Part shown: positions 20,698 to 31,464 of the stretch, piece after piece | How the letters are laid out: each line of letters begins with the position of its first letter | How positions within the stretch are numbered: position 1 is the first letter of the stretch | Origin: a virus | Lineage: Duplodnaviria; Caudoviricetes | DNA: 64,000 nt | IMG/VR virus record: IMGVR_UViG_3300029305_005724 | Location: 96,001-160,000 of that record | Strand: one strand, 5' to 3' | The notes under the pieces: model-generated | Told to the model about the DNA's origin: nothing | Databases searched by the model: none | The model's input: the letters and a program-made list of their open reading frames with translations, nothing else | Translations under genes and position numbers: made by a program

Positions 20698-21846
20698 ATG
20701 CTTAATATGAACAGTCCGACAGTTCAGGCAATGCTTAATAATACTCCACAAGGGTTTGGAAACATGCCCGTGTATTATGGAGCTTCCCCAGCTGTCAGTC
20801 AGCAACAAGTTTCTCAGCCTACAGGAATGCCTTACCCTTCTCCGAAGGAAATGCTTTCACAAGGCGGTGAACAAATGATTTATAGCCCAACAAGTTTTGC
20901 TCCGCAAAATATTGTTGGAGGTTACAATCCTGGTTTTCAAGCAGCATTTGCTGAATATAGTAATCCTTATTTAGACTATCAGCAAGGACTCTATGGAGGA
21001 TATCCTAGTTTTGGTGGTTATGGTGGAATATATCCATATATGCAGCCCATGGATGATGATGCAAGAGAAAGACTTGCAATGGCAATATTCAACGGATTAA
21101 CTTATGATGAGCAACTTGAGTTAGAATCCGATCTTTACAAAACGATTTCCAAAATTGTTAGTCGAAATCTCGGAAGAGATGAAAAAGAAGCACGTGAATG
21201 TGAAAAAGCATTCGATATTATCAATAAATATCCGGTTATTGAGGAAGATTTTAGTCAGCAAAAAACTTTTAAACCTTTACATGTACAAGTCATGATTGGT
21301 GATGAGGTTGTAGCAGACATGAAACCGGAGAATGTACAACTTCGTCACCAAGATTACCAGCGTAATGCTATGTATGTTGAACAGATGAAGTACAGGCATA
21401 CTTTCAATGAAACAAATATGGCTATTTATCGGAATACCTTATTTGATCAAGCTCCTGAAAGAATGTTTGATAAAACAGACATGATGAATCTCTTTAATGA
21501 TGGTATTGGTGCAATTCTAGCACAAGATAAAGTACAGGAAATGTATATTCAAAGTGCACAAAGAGCAGCTCAAGTCTATAATAGAGATTCCTTTAGAGAG
21601 AGACTTTTCAAGAATAATGGCGTAAGAACCAGATCTAAAATGAAAGCTCTTGAACGCTATGCTGGGCGTTATGGTATTATGCCAGACGGCAGACCAGTAA
21701 GTCCTGGACATGATCCTGCAGTAGCTGATAGCTTCTCGTATAATCCACAAACTGGGCAGTATACTGTTACAGCTCCAAACTTTATGCGAGATAGACTAGA
21801 ACGAGCTCGCGAATCGTTTATTAGATCTATCGATAGCAGCACATAA
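20698..21846 (+). CDS. hypothetical protein, P/Q/G/Y-rich N-terminus
   Basis: AAAGGAG RBS, 382 aa. Confidence 0.7.
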   Translation: MLNMNSPTVQAMLNNTPQGFGNMPVYYGASPAVSQQQVSQPTGMPYPSPKEMLSQGGEQMIYSPTSFAPQNIVGGYNPGFQAAFAEYSNPYLDYQQGLYGGYPSFGGYGGIYPYMQPMDDDARERLAMAIFNGLTYDEQLELESDLYKTISKIVSRNLGRDEKEARECEKAFDIINKYPVIEEDFSQQKTFKPLHVQVMIGDEVVADMKPENVQLRHQDYQRNAMYVEQMKYRHTFNETNMAIYRNTLFDQAPERMFDKTDMMNLFNDGIGAILAQDKVQEMYIQSAQRAAQVYNRDSFRERLFKNNGVRTRSKMKALERYAGRYGIMPDGRPVSPGHDPAVADSFSYNPQTGQYTVTAPNFMRDRLERARESFIRSIDSST

Positions 21847-21860
21847 GGAGGTGATACGCT

Positions 21861-23315
21861 ATGGCTAAAATAGATGTATTGGACATCTTAAGAGCAAAAA
21901 AGCAATCTCCTGCTGAATTTGAATTCGATAATCTGTGGATTCCACCAATATGGAATTATTTAACACCACAAGATATCGAAAGATTAAGATCTATTGCAAC
22001 ATCTGTCAGATTATCTTCTAAAATAGAATTAAAGTATAAAATGATAGATGACATTATGAGACCTAGAGGATTTAAAAGATTCTCTGCAGGTACAAACCGA
22101 ATTGTCTATAGCTTTCTAGAAGATACAAGATTTCTAGTTAAAATAGCTGTAGATAAAGTTGGAATGCAAGACAATCCAATGGAATATCAAACTCAATTTC
22201 TGTTGAAGCCTTATGTGACGAAGATGTTTTATATTTCGCCATGTGGAACTGTAGGCTTCTCGGAACGAGTTCTGCCAATTAAGAATAAAGCAGAATTTAG
22301 AGAAATAGCCGAAGATGTGTTCGAAATATTAGTAAATAAAATCCTTGGAGAATACGTCGTAGAAGATGTTGGAACAAAGTATTTTATGAACTGGGGTATA
22401 AGAGCTGGCTTCGGGCCTGTATTATTAGATTCTCCATATGTATATAAATTAGATGGTAAGAAACTCTTTTGTACAAAAGAGGACCCCATCACACATATGC
22501 CATGTAATGGAGAAATCGATTATGATGCAGGATTCAATCATTTAGTTTGTGCTAGATGTGGGAAAATATATCTAGCAACAGATTTAAAGGATAATGACAA
22601 TACAAACAAGATTATAATCAAAGGAGGATCTGAAATGAAAGTAAGTATCAAAAGAGGAGATGAAGTAATTTATTCTTCTATTTCCACAAAAGAGGTTATC
22701 GAAAAACCCGCCTCTCCTAAGACAAGTGGTTTGATCAAGGTTTCTATCGGTGGCGGATCTAAGTCAGTTGCCGAGGAAAAAAAGATTTCCAATGAAAGTG
22801 GCATTAAAGCTACTATTGGAAAGAAGGATGAATCCTCTAATATTCAGCCTAATAGAGCTGCTAATGGAAGATTCGTATCGAAAAATACAAATAAGAACAC
22901 AGCCAAGACTACATCTTCCCCCAAGAAGGCTGAAGCAAAGACTGTAGTCGAAGAAGCTAAGGAAGAGACTGCTCAGGAGTTTATCTTTGAAGATGACACA
23001 AAGGTAAATGATGAAGTAGAAGTAGCAGTTCCCGAAGTAGCAACTGATGTTGCTACTGCTGAAGAAACTAATCTTGATTTCGAAGTTGATGAAGATGACT
23101 CTGATGAAGATGATACTTCTGATGCTGAAGAATCTAATTCCGGCACTTTTAGTTCCGATGACACTGACGATTACTCTATGTATGATGACGATGAAATGTT
23201 TGCCGGAACCCGTACTCCTATTCGTAGATCTAACAAGAGATCTTCTGATGGAGAAGGATCCAGATCTTCTTCCTATAAGAAAGGCAGCTCAAGCAAAGTT
23301 TCTAAGAAGAAGTAA
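21861..23315 (+). CDS. protein-kinase-like protein with Zn ribbon and acidic tail
   Basis: SAGTNRIVY (Gly loop), LVKIA (Lys), DNPME (Glu), EDVGTKYFMNWG (D...N), LLDS (Mg Asp); C-x10-C...CARC; D/E/S-rich tail. Confidence 0.7.
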   Translation: MAKIDVLDILRAKKQSPAEFEFDNLWIPPIWNYLTPQDIERLRSIATSVRLSSKIELKYKMIDDIMRPRGFKRFSAGTNRIVYSFLEDTRFLVKIAVDKVGMQDNPMEYQTQFLLKPYVTKMFYISPCGTVGFSERVLPIKNKAEFREIAEDVFEILVNKILGEYVVEDVGTKYFMNWGIRAGFGPVLLDSPYVYKLDGKKLFCTKEDPITHMPCNGEIDYDAGFNHLVCARCGKIYLATDLKDNDNTNKIIIKGGSEMKVSIKRGDEVIYSSISTKEVIEKPASPKTSGLIKVSIGGGSKSVAEEKKISNESGIKATIGKKDESSNIQPNRAANGRFVSKNTNKNTAKTTSSPKKAEAKTVVEEAKEETAQEFIFEDDTKVNDEVEVAVPEVATDVATAEETNLDFEVDEDDSDEDDTSDAEESNSGTFSSDDTDDYSMYDDDEMFAGTRTPIRRSNKRSSDGEGSRSSSYKKGSSSKVSKKK

Positions 23316-23326
23316 GGAGAATCATT

Positions 23327-23983
23327 ATGGCAAATTATCCAATGAATATTTGGGTAATAAATGAAAGTGAGTTCGATAGGTTTACGTTCACCGGCGGTAA
23401 GATTGTCTATATCGCCGATGAACCAGAACCAAAATTTAGAACTCATCCGGCTATCACAACAGCCGGAGCTTTATTGCCTCCATTCGAAGCAATCCAAGCG
23501 GAACTTGATGGCAATATATTTGAATCGAATGCAATGTATCAGCAATACCTTCAAAGAGAGGATGCAGATATATATGTATCAATTTTAATAGCAGCAGCCG
23601 TTAAACAAATTCCAATTGGAATAATGTTTGGTAGAGACGAGTTGAATATGCAGTTCCCAAAAATGTTTATAGACTATCTCTATCAATTTTATGGATTGGT
23701 CCTTGGCATTGATGGTAAAGTACAGCCATATATCGAAGAGGCAGCATTGCCTTTAGATTTGGCCAAGCTTTATAATATGAATATCATTGACTATCCGGCA
23801 TTCTTAGAGAAGCATCCACCGCTTCCAATTCATCCATCCGCAATCTCGAAATTAGCATATGAGCAGAATCCTGCTATAAAACAAAAAGATTTTGAGCATT
23901 ATGCAAAATATTTTGAAGATGCAAAACAGGCGGTTTACAAAAATGGTGGAAAATTCCTCGTAGACCCGCTAGTAGGAATATGA
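23327..23983 (+). CDS. hypothetical protein
   Basis: AAGGAG RBS, operonic. Confidence 0.7.
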   Translation: MANYPMNIWVINESEFDRFTFTGGKIVYIADEPEPKFRTHPAITTAGALLPPFEAIQAELDGNIFESNAMYQQYLQREDADIYVSILIAAAVKQIPIGIMFGRDELNMQFPKMFIDYLYQFYGLVLGIDGKVQPYIEEAALPLDLAKLYNMNIIDYPAFLEKHPPLPIHPSAISKLAYEQNPAIKQKDFEHYAKYFEDAKQAVYKNGGKFLVDPLVGI

Positions 23984-24489
23984 TAATTTTTACACCTATA
24001 CGAATTATACCTGTTGAGATGCTTGAATATAAAGGAATAAGACAGGTTGTTACGTACAACCTGTCTTCTTACTTTAGCGATGTTCCAACTCTCAATATGC
24101 TTATTCCGTCAACAGCTTATATTCCAGAGGAGAGTCTGGCTGGAGATTGTGATTTCCCAAGCTTTGATATCAGTTATCATAAGTATCTTATTGAAAATAA
24201 TAATGCATTTATGCAGCTGATGAATATCATTATACCAGCATATCAATCTCCAGAAACACTTGTTCAAATTCTTGTAAATGATTCTCCATTTAGAGAAGCG
24301 TTTCAAGAATCTCTAATCAAACTTATTCAGCAACGATATGGTTACAATGTTTGTCGAGTAAACGAGATTGAAGATTTTATTTATGCTGAAGAATCAGACT
24401 TTAGCATACCTGGATTATTTACTTTGGATCAGGATATTGCTAGATGGCATACAATGGTTCCACTAGAAAGTGGTGATCCTTATGAATGA
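23980..24489 (+). CDS. hypothetical protein
   Basis: ATGA overlap with previous gene. Confidence 0.7.
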   Translation: MIIFTPIRIIPVEMLEYKGIRQVVTYNLSSYFSDVPTLNMLIPSTAYIPEESLAGDCDFPSFDISYHKYLIENNNAFMQLMNIIIPAYQSPETLVQILVNDSPFREAFQESLIKLIQQRYGYNVCRVNEIEDFIYAEESDFSIPGLFTLDQDIARWHTMVPLESGDPYE

Positions 24490-25291
24490 TTTATGGCAAA
24501 AAATTAATTATCGAGCTCCTGTTCAGTATATTATAGATATGACTATACGGGAGTTCGATATAACTAAAGCAAATATTAGTGTTTTACGAGATGCTAATGT
24601 AATTACCGAAGAGTTGTATCAATATTTATACAGAGCTCCAAAACAAGAAAGATCTGTATATATTGGTAAGCTAGAAGGAAAACATCCAGAAATTGTGCCA
24701 GTTCTTAAAAGTGGAATCGAGAAAGCTAGACGAACTTTTATAGAAACTAATGGCATAGAAACTAATGAAGTTTTAGCTATAAGAAATGACGCTATTATGG
24801 TTATTGGCGATAGGCCTATTTCAAATCTCCAAATGACTGATAGAGTTGCATTTCGATTAGCAGCTGCTTATAGATCTTTTTATAAATTAGATTATATGGA
24901 TTTCTTTTATAATTATGATCTTATTACTCGTACTGAAGTTTTAGATATAAAAGGATTAAGTGATGAATCTATTAAACTTCATAAGCAATTTATGCTAGAT
25001 TTTCTAGCTGAACTTTTCTATACGGCTCAGATTGAAGACTGTAAGGGAGCTATAAGCATTTTAAACAATTTTTATAAACAATTTATCAATAAAGAATTAG
25101 ATATAGGATTCTATAGAGAGTTGAATTCTCAATCTCAATTCAGATTTGTAAATTCAATGACTTCTGTTGGTAGATTGTATTCTGACAATTGTTCAAACTA
25201 TGATAAGAAATATATAGACTTATCATGTAATGCGAATATATTAAGGCAACTAAACAGGATGTATTCTAGAGTCTATTTTAACAAAAGATGA
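24482..25291 (+). CDS. possible polymerase palm-like protein
   Basis: REFDITKANIS and IRNDAIMV resemble polymerase motifs A and C; ATG 24482 follows GGTGAT. Confidence 0.35.
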   Translation: MNDLWQKINYRAPVQYIIDMTIREFDITKANISVLRDANVITEELYQYLYRAPKQERSVYIGKLEGKHPEIVPVLKSGIEKARRTFIETNGIETNEVLAIRNDAIMVIGDRPISNLQMTDRVAFRLAAAYRSFYKLDYMDFFYNYDLITRTEVLDIKGLSDESIKLHKQFMLDFLAELFYTAQIEDCKGAISILNNFYKQFINKELDIGFYRELNSQSQFRFVNSMTSVGRLYSDNCSNYDKKYIDLSCNANILRQLNRMYSRVYFNKR

Positions 25292-25328
25292 AGCCACAAG
25301 CTGTTTATGCTTGTGGCTTTATTTTTTT

Positions 25329-25793
25329 TTAATTTGCTTCTTCATCGGCCATAAACTTGCTGTTATGCTCAACAACATAATCCATTACCTGGATATAAAT
25401 TTTATCAGCAAGAACTTCAGCGATGTTTTCAATATTATAGAATAGAGAAATTTTATCAAGCGATGCAGAAGAGATTCTAGCAGAAACAATCTTTACAACA
25501 TCATTTCGAATTTCTATTTCACGATCTTCCTTGATATACCCTTCTTCCATCGGCTCCAAGTGTTTAATCCGATAATCTTTGAAACACTCAGAAATAATTA
25601 TGTCTAAAAGTTCTGGGATGCTCTTATCAATTTGAGAATTTACATTGATATTATATAGTGTAATTTCCTCAAGCTTTTTTCTATGTTTATTATTCAAGAG
25701 AATAACAACCGTAGCTAACGCTATCATAGTAAGTAGAAAAACTCCTACCATGATACAGATCACAATAAACTCATAATTTGGCACAATATTCAC
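25329..25793 (-). CDS. membrane-anchored hypothetical protein
   Basis: One N-terminal hydrophobic helix. Confidence 0.65.
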   Translation of the reverse strand: MNIVPNYEFIVICIMVGVFLLTMIALATVVILLNNKHRKKLEEITLYNINVNSQIDKSIPELLDIIISECFKDYRIKHLEPMEEGYIKEDREIEIRNDVVKIVSARISSASLDKISLFYNIENIAEVLADKIYIQVMDYVVEHNSKFMADEEAN

Positions 25794-26439
25794 TCCATTC
25801 TTTTATTTGTTCCCTCAGTTGTAGTAGACCAGCATCATCGCTCTTGCCTTGCTCTATAGCTTTCTTTAAATAATAGAGTAACTTGAATGCAACATCCTGA
25901 GTCAATCCATATCTATATTTCTCAAGCAACCTAGGCCAGTTTCCAAAACACATGCTAGGATGTATAAAGAACTGGTTTGGATTATTATGATAAACTTGAT
26001 GTGGTGTTTTAGACAGCATTACAAGTGCAATATTATTTGCTTTATGCTCTTCTTTCAAAGCTTGAACAATATCAAATGTGGTTACATAACCTACAGTATT
26101 TAATAAATGTTCCGTAATTAGTAGACATATATCAAATAGGGTTAAAATGGCGTGATGCATTTCAATATCCACGCCTTCCATATCAGTATGAATGAAACCA
26201 TGAACTTGGCACCTATCCATTCCTAAACCAATTAAAAATCCTTTATAATTGCTATAAGTGGTAGAGTGTCTGAATCTTTGTTCGCAGTTTTTCAAGAATA
26301 CTCTATATGTATCTATATCCATTAGACTTTCTCTTGTTTGATAAAAACTGATAGAAAAGGTGCTATTCGGACTAGTTATAATAGGATTCATATTCTCTTG
26401 ATAAGATTCGATCCCAGGAAAAGGATTATAATTTTCCAT
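25771..26439 (-). CDS. HNH-like His-rich protein (paralog of 17799-18521)
   Basis: IEMHHAILTLFDICL...LVMLSKTPHQVYH; AACA-N6-TA promoter 26466-26477. Confidence 0.5.
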   Translation of the reverse strand: MENYNPFPGIESYQENMNPIITSPNSTFSISFYQTRESLMDIDTYRVFLKNCEQRFRHSTTYSNYKGFLIGLGMDRCQVHGFIHTDMEGVDIEMHHAILTLFDICLLITEHLLNTVGYVTTFDIVQALKEEHKANNIALVMLSKTPHQVYHNNPNQFFIHPSMCFGNWPRLLEKYRYGLTQDVAFKLLYYLKKAIEQGKSDDAGLLQLREQIKEWSEYCAKL

Positions 26440-26583
26440 CGGTCTAATCCCTCCTTTATATGTATTACTAAGATGTTAACCTGAAAGCTCGATACTCAAT
26501 GGAATTGGGCATATCGGCAATATAAGATGGATAAGTTTAACAGTACTGAATCCACATAATAATAAGAAATTAATTGAGAAAGG

Positions 26584-29500
26584 GTGAGGTATATGTCTTT
26601 CGAGATTAGTAAAATATATACAGATAACCCTTATGTCGATGAATTAGTCTATTACACTAAATTACTAGGCATTGGGACTGTTCTAAAAATGCAGGATCAA
26701 GCTGATGCTGCAGAAACTGTTAGCTCGCTTAAGAATGCCGAGCTTTATATTTCGTGCTTAGAAGGCACGGCTATAATGGAAGTATTTCCTAATGATGCAT
26801 TGGTAATGAGAGAGGCTCTGAATAAGGTTGGTATGACATCTGGCGGAGACTTTGGATCCTATGTTGCCAATAAGCAAAATTTTATTGATGACTATAGAAA
26901 AGGAAGAATCTCTAAAGAGGACTATGAAAAAGTAACTCAATATCATAGAGATTATTATATTAATAATTATGAAGAAGAAAATAATTATTATCGTATGCTT
27001 CATGGCCTTCCTAATTTTCCTGTAAAAACTCCAACAGAGTTTGATGATTATGTTGAAGATGATTTGGCAATGCTTATACCAGAAGATGTTTTCGATAATG
27101 CATTTATCACTTTTCAGCTTGAATCTTCTTTTGGAGGAGTAACAAAGCATCTCGGCCCTATTCATAGAATGAACGATTCAGAGATTGCTATATTAAACCA
27201 GTATGGTGTTATTGAAGAGATGATCAAGCTCAAGCCAACTACAAGACAGTATATGAAATATCTTGGTGATAAGAAAATTGATTATTATCTTGCTAGAAAA
27301 GCTTATAGATTTGATCCTCTTTATATACCTACTATTGAATCTGATGAAGTATATAGAATGTATAAGGATAAACTAGATTCGAACAAATTTTATGTTTTAA
27401 GAACAGTATATTCTGAGGCATTTAAATATGGATCGGATTATTATGATAACTTTATTGCAGCTCTCATTGTAATAATTACAATGGTTGATATCATTTCTAG
27501 AGTTCATGAATTTATTGCTAGAAAAGAAATCTTTGATATCAGGTCAGTTGAATATATCTTTGAATCTTATGGTGTACCATTCTTTGAAGAAATTCCGCTA
27601 AAATATCAAACTGCTATGGTTAAAAATATTCATACTCTTTTAAAGTATAAATCCACGTCTAAATGTATGATTGATATATGCTCATTATTTGGATTTGAAA
27701 ATATTCAAATCTTTAAGTATTATCTTCTTAGAGATAGAAAGACAAATCCGGATGGATCATATTTTTATTCTACTAATGAGGATGGAGATCTTACTCATGA
27801 TCCGACTGAAGAGTATGAACTAAGATTTATTAAAGTTCCGCTTGAAGATGACTTTGATCAATATAGCCAGGTATCTACAAATTATCTAGATTATGACGAA
27901 GTTGTTAATCAGGATTCTAAATGGAATGGCGGAGCTGATCATAATGAATTAGTAAAGTCTATTCTTAAAGAAGAGTTTAATGTTGTAAAAACAAAGTATA
28001 TGTCTATCGACACAGTTTATGATGTAACCAAAATGTCGGTACAGCAAAGCTACTTCTTTAATATGCTTTACGATAGTCTTAAATATGAGACATCTATCAA
28101 ACTACAAGTACCTTTTATTGATACTGCAAAAGAATTTGAAGTTGCCGATCTATTTACTTTGCTTACCGTCCTTACTTATCTTACTAATAATATAGAGGAT
28201 ATTATTATGGACACTTCTAGCAAAATTCTTTATGTAAATGGATTCAATTTCAAAGCAGATCTTGCTGCACTAGCTAGCGAAATTGCCAATAAAGAAAATT
28301 ATGGCACAAGTGAGCTATCAAGCTTTCAGAAGCCTGTAAGCTCTATTCCTTCATTCAGTAAAATGATGGATATGTATGTAAATAATATGTCTGTTAGAGA
28401 TACTCTTATTGAAGGAATGAAGAATGCAGACAATCTAACAATTTATAAAATTTATAAAGCATTATATGATTCCCTTATGACAGTTAGGTATACCACTAAT
28501 TATTTCAAGATCAATCCTGTTGAAGTTGATGTTGCAAGCGGTAAACTTATTACATCCCAGGATCGTATAATTAATCCCGTTGAAGATCCTGATCGTTTGA
28601 TAACAGATGCATCTATTATTTCTTCTATTAGAAATGGAAGTTATGCTGGCTCAGATTATTGGGAATCGAATGGTAATTACTACTATTACTACTTTGAAGA
28701 TACAGATAATGGTCGTGTTTATTATGATTATTATCGTAATGAAAAAGGAGTTTATTGTGATTATTATAGAGAAACTATAGACGGAGAAAGAGTCCCCACA
28801 TATAAAGCATATTTGGAGGCTAAAGAATTCGCTATATATGGAGTTATTGCTCAGGCATTGAGCTATACAGATGAAAACTCTAAAAATCAATATATTGCTA
28901 CTGTTATCGATAGCGTTGTTTATGCTATGGAAGAATATATCGATTCTGATCAATTCCAAGCATTATTTGCAAATCTTCCTGCAATGGGAAGCGAGTCTGT
29001 AAAAAGATATATATCTCTAGTTATTGATTTCTATAAATCCTATAAAGTAGATTTCCTTGGGCTGAATACTATTTATACCATGGATGATAAGCATGAAGGA
29101 TTAATAAAGATTATCGATGATATGAGAATAAATGCCATTTTCGATAGACCTGAATTTATTAATATTTGGGAGAAATTTGGAAATGCAATAGTTGGAACTA
29201 CAAAAGATGAGAAGCTAAAACTTCTTGAAAAGTTGTATTTTGATATCTTTACCTTTGTATACTTTGATGGCCAAGTTGGAGACAATCATAGAGATATGCT
29301 TGTTGACGATACGAGAGTGATCAAGAGAGGTAAAAATATTGGTACGACAATTGTATCTGAAAAGATACATGATATCAATATCTTCTTTGAAAAAGAAGAG
29401 GTAATAAAATTACTTACTGACAAATTTGCAAATCTTCTTGTCAGCGTCAATCCTAAATTAAGAGTCGAATTGGTTGAGGCTTTGGTAAAAGTGCTTATAA

Positions 29501-30390
29501 CTAAAAGACCTGAGGAGAATATTGATTTTGTTGAGAAATTTGTAAGAATATTAGTATCTAAATATTCAGAAGAAAATGTAGCACTATTGGATAAATTTAC
29601 AAATGTTTTGGTATCTGTCAATCCAGATATTAGGGTTAAACTTATTGAAAATTTATCAAATGTGCTTATACGTAAAAATCCTGAAGAAGATATTAATCTT
29701 AATGAATCATTTGATGATATGCATGTGGATATAAGTAAAGATGAGAATATTGAATTGCTTTCTAGCCAATTGGCCAAATTCTTAATCACAATCACTCCTA
29801 TTGAACGTGTATATCTAATGGAGAATATTGCAGAAATTATTATTAGCAAGGCTCCTGAAGAAAAGATAAGTTTCTTTGAGAAACTCTATTTTGATATTTC
29901 AACCTTTGTGTATTTCGATGGTCTACCTGGAGATAACCATAGGGATGCTCTTTCAGAATCTGTACAGCTTTTAGAGGATCTTGTTCAAATTTATTCATAT
30001 ATTGAGAAAGATGACAGTATAATGCATATAAAAGATGTATTTGCCACTCGTATAACTCATACGGCTTATAAGTCTGGACTTAAGATTACTGATAGTGTAT
30101 ATATGAGCAACGATGATATTTATGAAGAAAAGGTCAAAATTGCTGAAATGATTGCTTCTATCGGCATAAACATTCAGCTAAAAACTATCATTAATTCTTC
30201 TATAGTTGCTGCAAATGACAAGAAGGATTTGTATGATATTATGAATGACTATATCTTTGCTATTGTAAGTAGCGATCATAGAAATGATGCTATTCATTTG
30301 ATTGATTGTCTTGCAGTAAATGCTTCTTCTAAGAAATCTGATAATATAGGTATCTATGATAAGCTTTGGATTTATAACTCTATAGCTTAA
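26584..30390 (+). CDS. large virion structural protein, probably baseplate
   Basis: 1268 aa (start may be ATG 26593); LLKYKST-x4-IDICSLFG baseplate-wedge-like segment; C-terminal ~20-aa repeats. Confidence 0.55.
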   Translation: MRYMSFEISKIYTDNPYVDELVYYTKLLGIGTVLKMQDQADAAETVSSLKNAELYISCLEGTAIMEVFPNDALVMREALNKVGMTSGGDFGSYVANKQNFIDDYRKGRISKEDYEKVTQYHRDYYINNYEEENNYYRMLHGLPNFPVKTPTEFDDYVEDDLAMLIPEDVFDNAFITFQLESSFGGVTKHLGPIHRMNDSEIAILNQYGVIEEMIKLKPTTRQYMKYLGDKKIDYYLARKAYRFDPLYIPTIESDEVYRMYKDKLDSNKFYVLRTVYSEAFKYGSDYYDNFIAALIVIITMVDIISRVHEFIARKEIFDIRSVEYIFESYGVPFFEEIPLKYQTAMVKNIHTLLKYKSTSKCMIDICSLFGFENIQIFKYYLLRDRKTNPDGSYFYSTNEDGDLTHDPTEEYELRFIKVPLEDDFDQYSQVSTNYLDYDEVVNQDSKWNGGADHNELVKSILKEEFNVVKTKYMSIDTVYDVTKMSVQQSYFFNMLYDSLKYETSIKLQVPFIDTAKEFEVADLFTLLTVLTYLTNNIEDIIMDTSSKILYVNGFNFKADLAALASEIANKENYGTSELSSFQKPVSSIPSFSKMMDMYVNNMSVRDTLIEGMKNADNLTIYKIYKALYDSLMTVRYTTNYFKINPVEVDVASGKLITSQDRIINPVEDPDRLITDASIISSIRNGSYAGSDYWESNGNYYYYYFEDTDNGRVYYDYYRNEKGVYCDYYRETIDGERVPTYKAYLEAKEFAIYGVIAQALSYTDENSKNQYIATVIDSVVYAMEEYIDSDQFQALFANLPAMGSESVKRYISLVIDFYKSYKVDFLGLNTIYTMDDKHEGLIKIIDDMRINAIFDRPEFINIWEKFGNAIVGTTKDEKLKLLEKLYFDIFTFVYFDGQVGDNHRDMLVDDTRVIKRGKNIGTTIVSEKIHDINIFFEKEEVIKLLTDKFANLLVSVNPKLRVELVEALVKVLITKRPEENIDFVEKFVRILVSKYSEENVALLDKFTNVLVSVNPDIRVKLIENLSNVLIRKNPEEDINLNESFDDMHVDISKDENIELLSSQLAKFLITITPIERVYLMENIAEIIISKAPEEKISFFEKLYFDISTFVYFDGLPGDNHRDALSESVQLLEDLVQIYSYIEKDDSIMHIKDVFATRITHTAYKSGLKITDSVYMSNDDIYEEKVKIAEMIASIGINIQLKTIINSSIVAANDKKDLYDIMNDYIFAIVSSDHRNDAIHLIDCLAVNASSKKSDNIGIYDKLWIYNSIA
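29140..29955 (+). repeat. intragenic ~20-aa tandem repeats bracketed by a duplicated 25-aa block
   Basis: EKLYFDIFTFVYFDGQVGDNHRDML and EKLYFDISTFVYFDGLPGDNHRDAL flank about ten EExIxLxEKFxxILVS-like units. Confidence 0.8.
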
Positions 30391-30484
30391 TTTTCTATTC
30401 TTAAAGAAGCATAATTCAAACATATAATTAAACTATTTAACGACGGTTTACAACACATGATGAAAATATAAGGAGGCTCTTGCT

Positions 30485-31360
30485 ATGAATAATACAGTGA
30501 AAAGCTTATATGATGGGTTGGATACAAGAGACCAACTCAACAGACGCCATTCAGCATTCGATACTTCTATCGATGTAAGAAATTCTGAAACTGGTGAATA
30601 TATTTTTAAAGGTTTGAGAAATAAAGTAATTCTTCCTGGTTCTGGTCTTATTGCACACAAGCTATTTGATATTTTCAATAGTGATGATACTGCTAAGCCC
30701 GAAGAGGAGATTACTGTTTCTTATGACAAGGCGATGGCTTCTATCATGAAGTATACTGGTTCCGAAACCGCTCATGATGAGGAAGACACTGTTGCAAATG
30801 CTAATAACCACAAGGTTCTTCTGTTCTGCTGTGGAACAGATGGATGTAATGGTGAAAGCTTTACCGTAAATCCTGTATCTTATAAGATGTGGACAAAGCC
30901 TGAAGCTCTTGTTCCTTTCAGATGCAGCACTGATGATATCGATAGTTCTCTTAGAGATACCTATTTTGGTCGTTGCGAGCAGACTATTGGATCTAAGAAT
31001 TATAAGACATACTACTTCAAGAAGTTTGATCAGGCTCCTGTTCTTAAGCAACAGTACGTAAATGGTGACGAAATCACTAGTTACGATTATAGCGATGCTA
31101 CTGAGCAGGAAGTTGAAACTTTTGTAGAACTTAGCCTTAAGATTACTAAGGAAGATATCAGAGAGTACTTTATTGCTACGACTGGTATTGAGGGCGCAAA
31201 GATTAATACTATTTCTCTTTGTAGCGCATATCCTGTTAAGGGAAGTGATGGTTATACTTATTATAAGGATATCCGTCCGCTTACTAAGCTTAACTTCCCC
31301 AGCGAGTCTCTTATCGATACTTCTAAGGGTATTGATATTATCTATCACATCTACATGTAA
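30485..31360 (+). CDS. putative baseplate/tail protein
   Basis: Follows large structural gene; AACA-N6-TA promoter 30419; AAGGAGG RBS. Confidence 0.55.
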   Translation: MNNTVKSLYDGLDTRDQLNRRHSAFDTSIDVRNSETGEYIFKGLRNKVILPGSGLIAHKLFDIFNSDDTAKPEEEITVSYDKAMASIMKYTGSETAHDEEDTVANANNHKVLLFCCGTDGCNGESFTVNPVSYKMWTKPEALVPFRCSTDDIDSSLRDTYFGRCEQTIGSKNYKTYYFKKFDQAPVLKQQYVNGDEITSYDYSDATEQEVETFVELSLKITKEDIREYFIATTGIEGAKINTISLCSAYPVKGSDGYTYYKDIRPLTKLNFPSESLIDTSKGIDIIYHIYM

Positions 31361-31464
31361 TATAATTTCCCAGATGAGTCGAATGGCTCATCTGGGGTTA
31401 TTTTAAGATTATATGCATACTTACATCAAGATAATATGAATTTTCAAGGAAAGGAGATTTCTTT

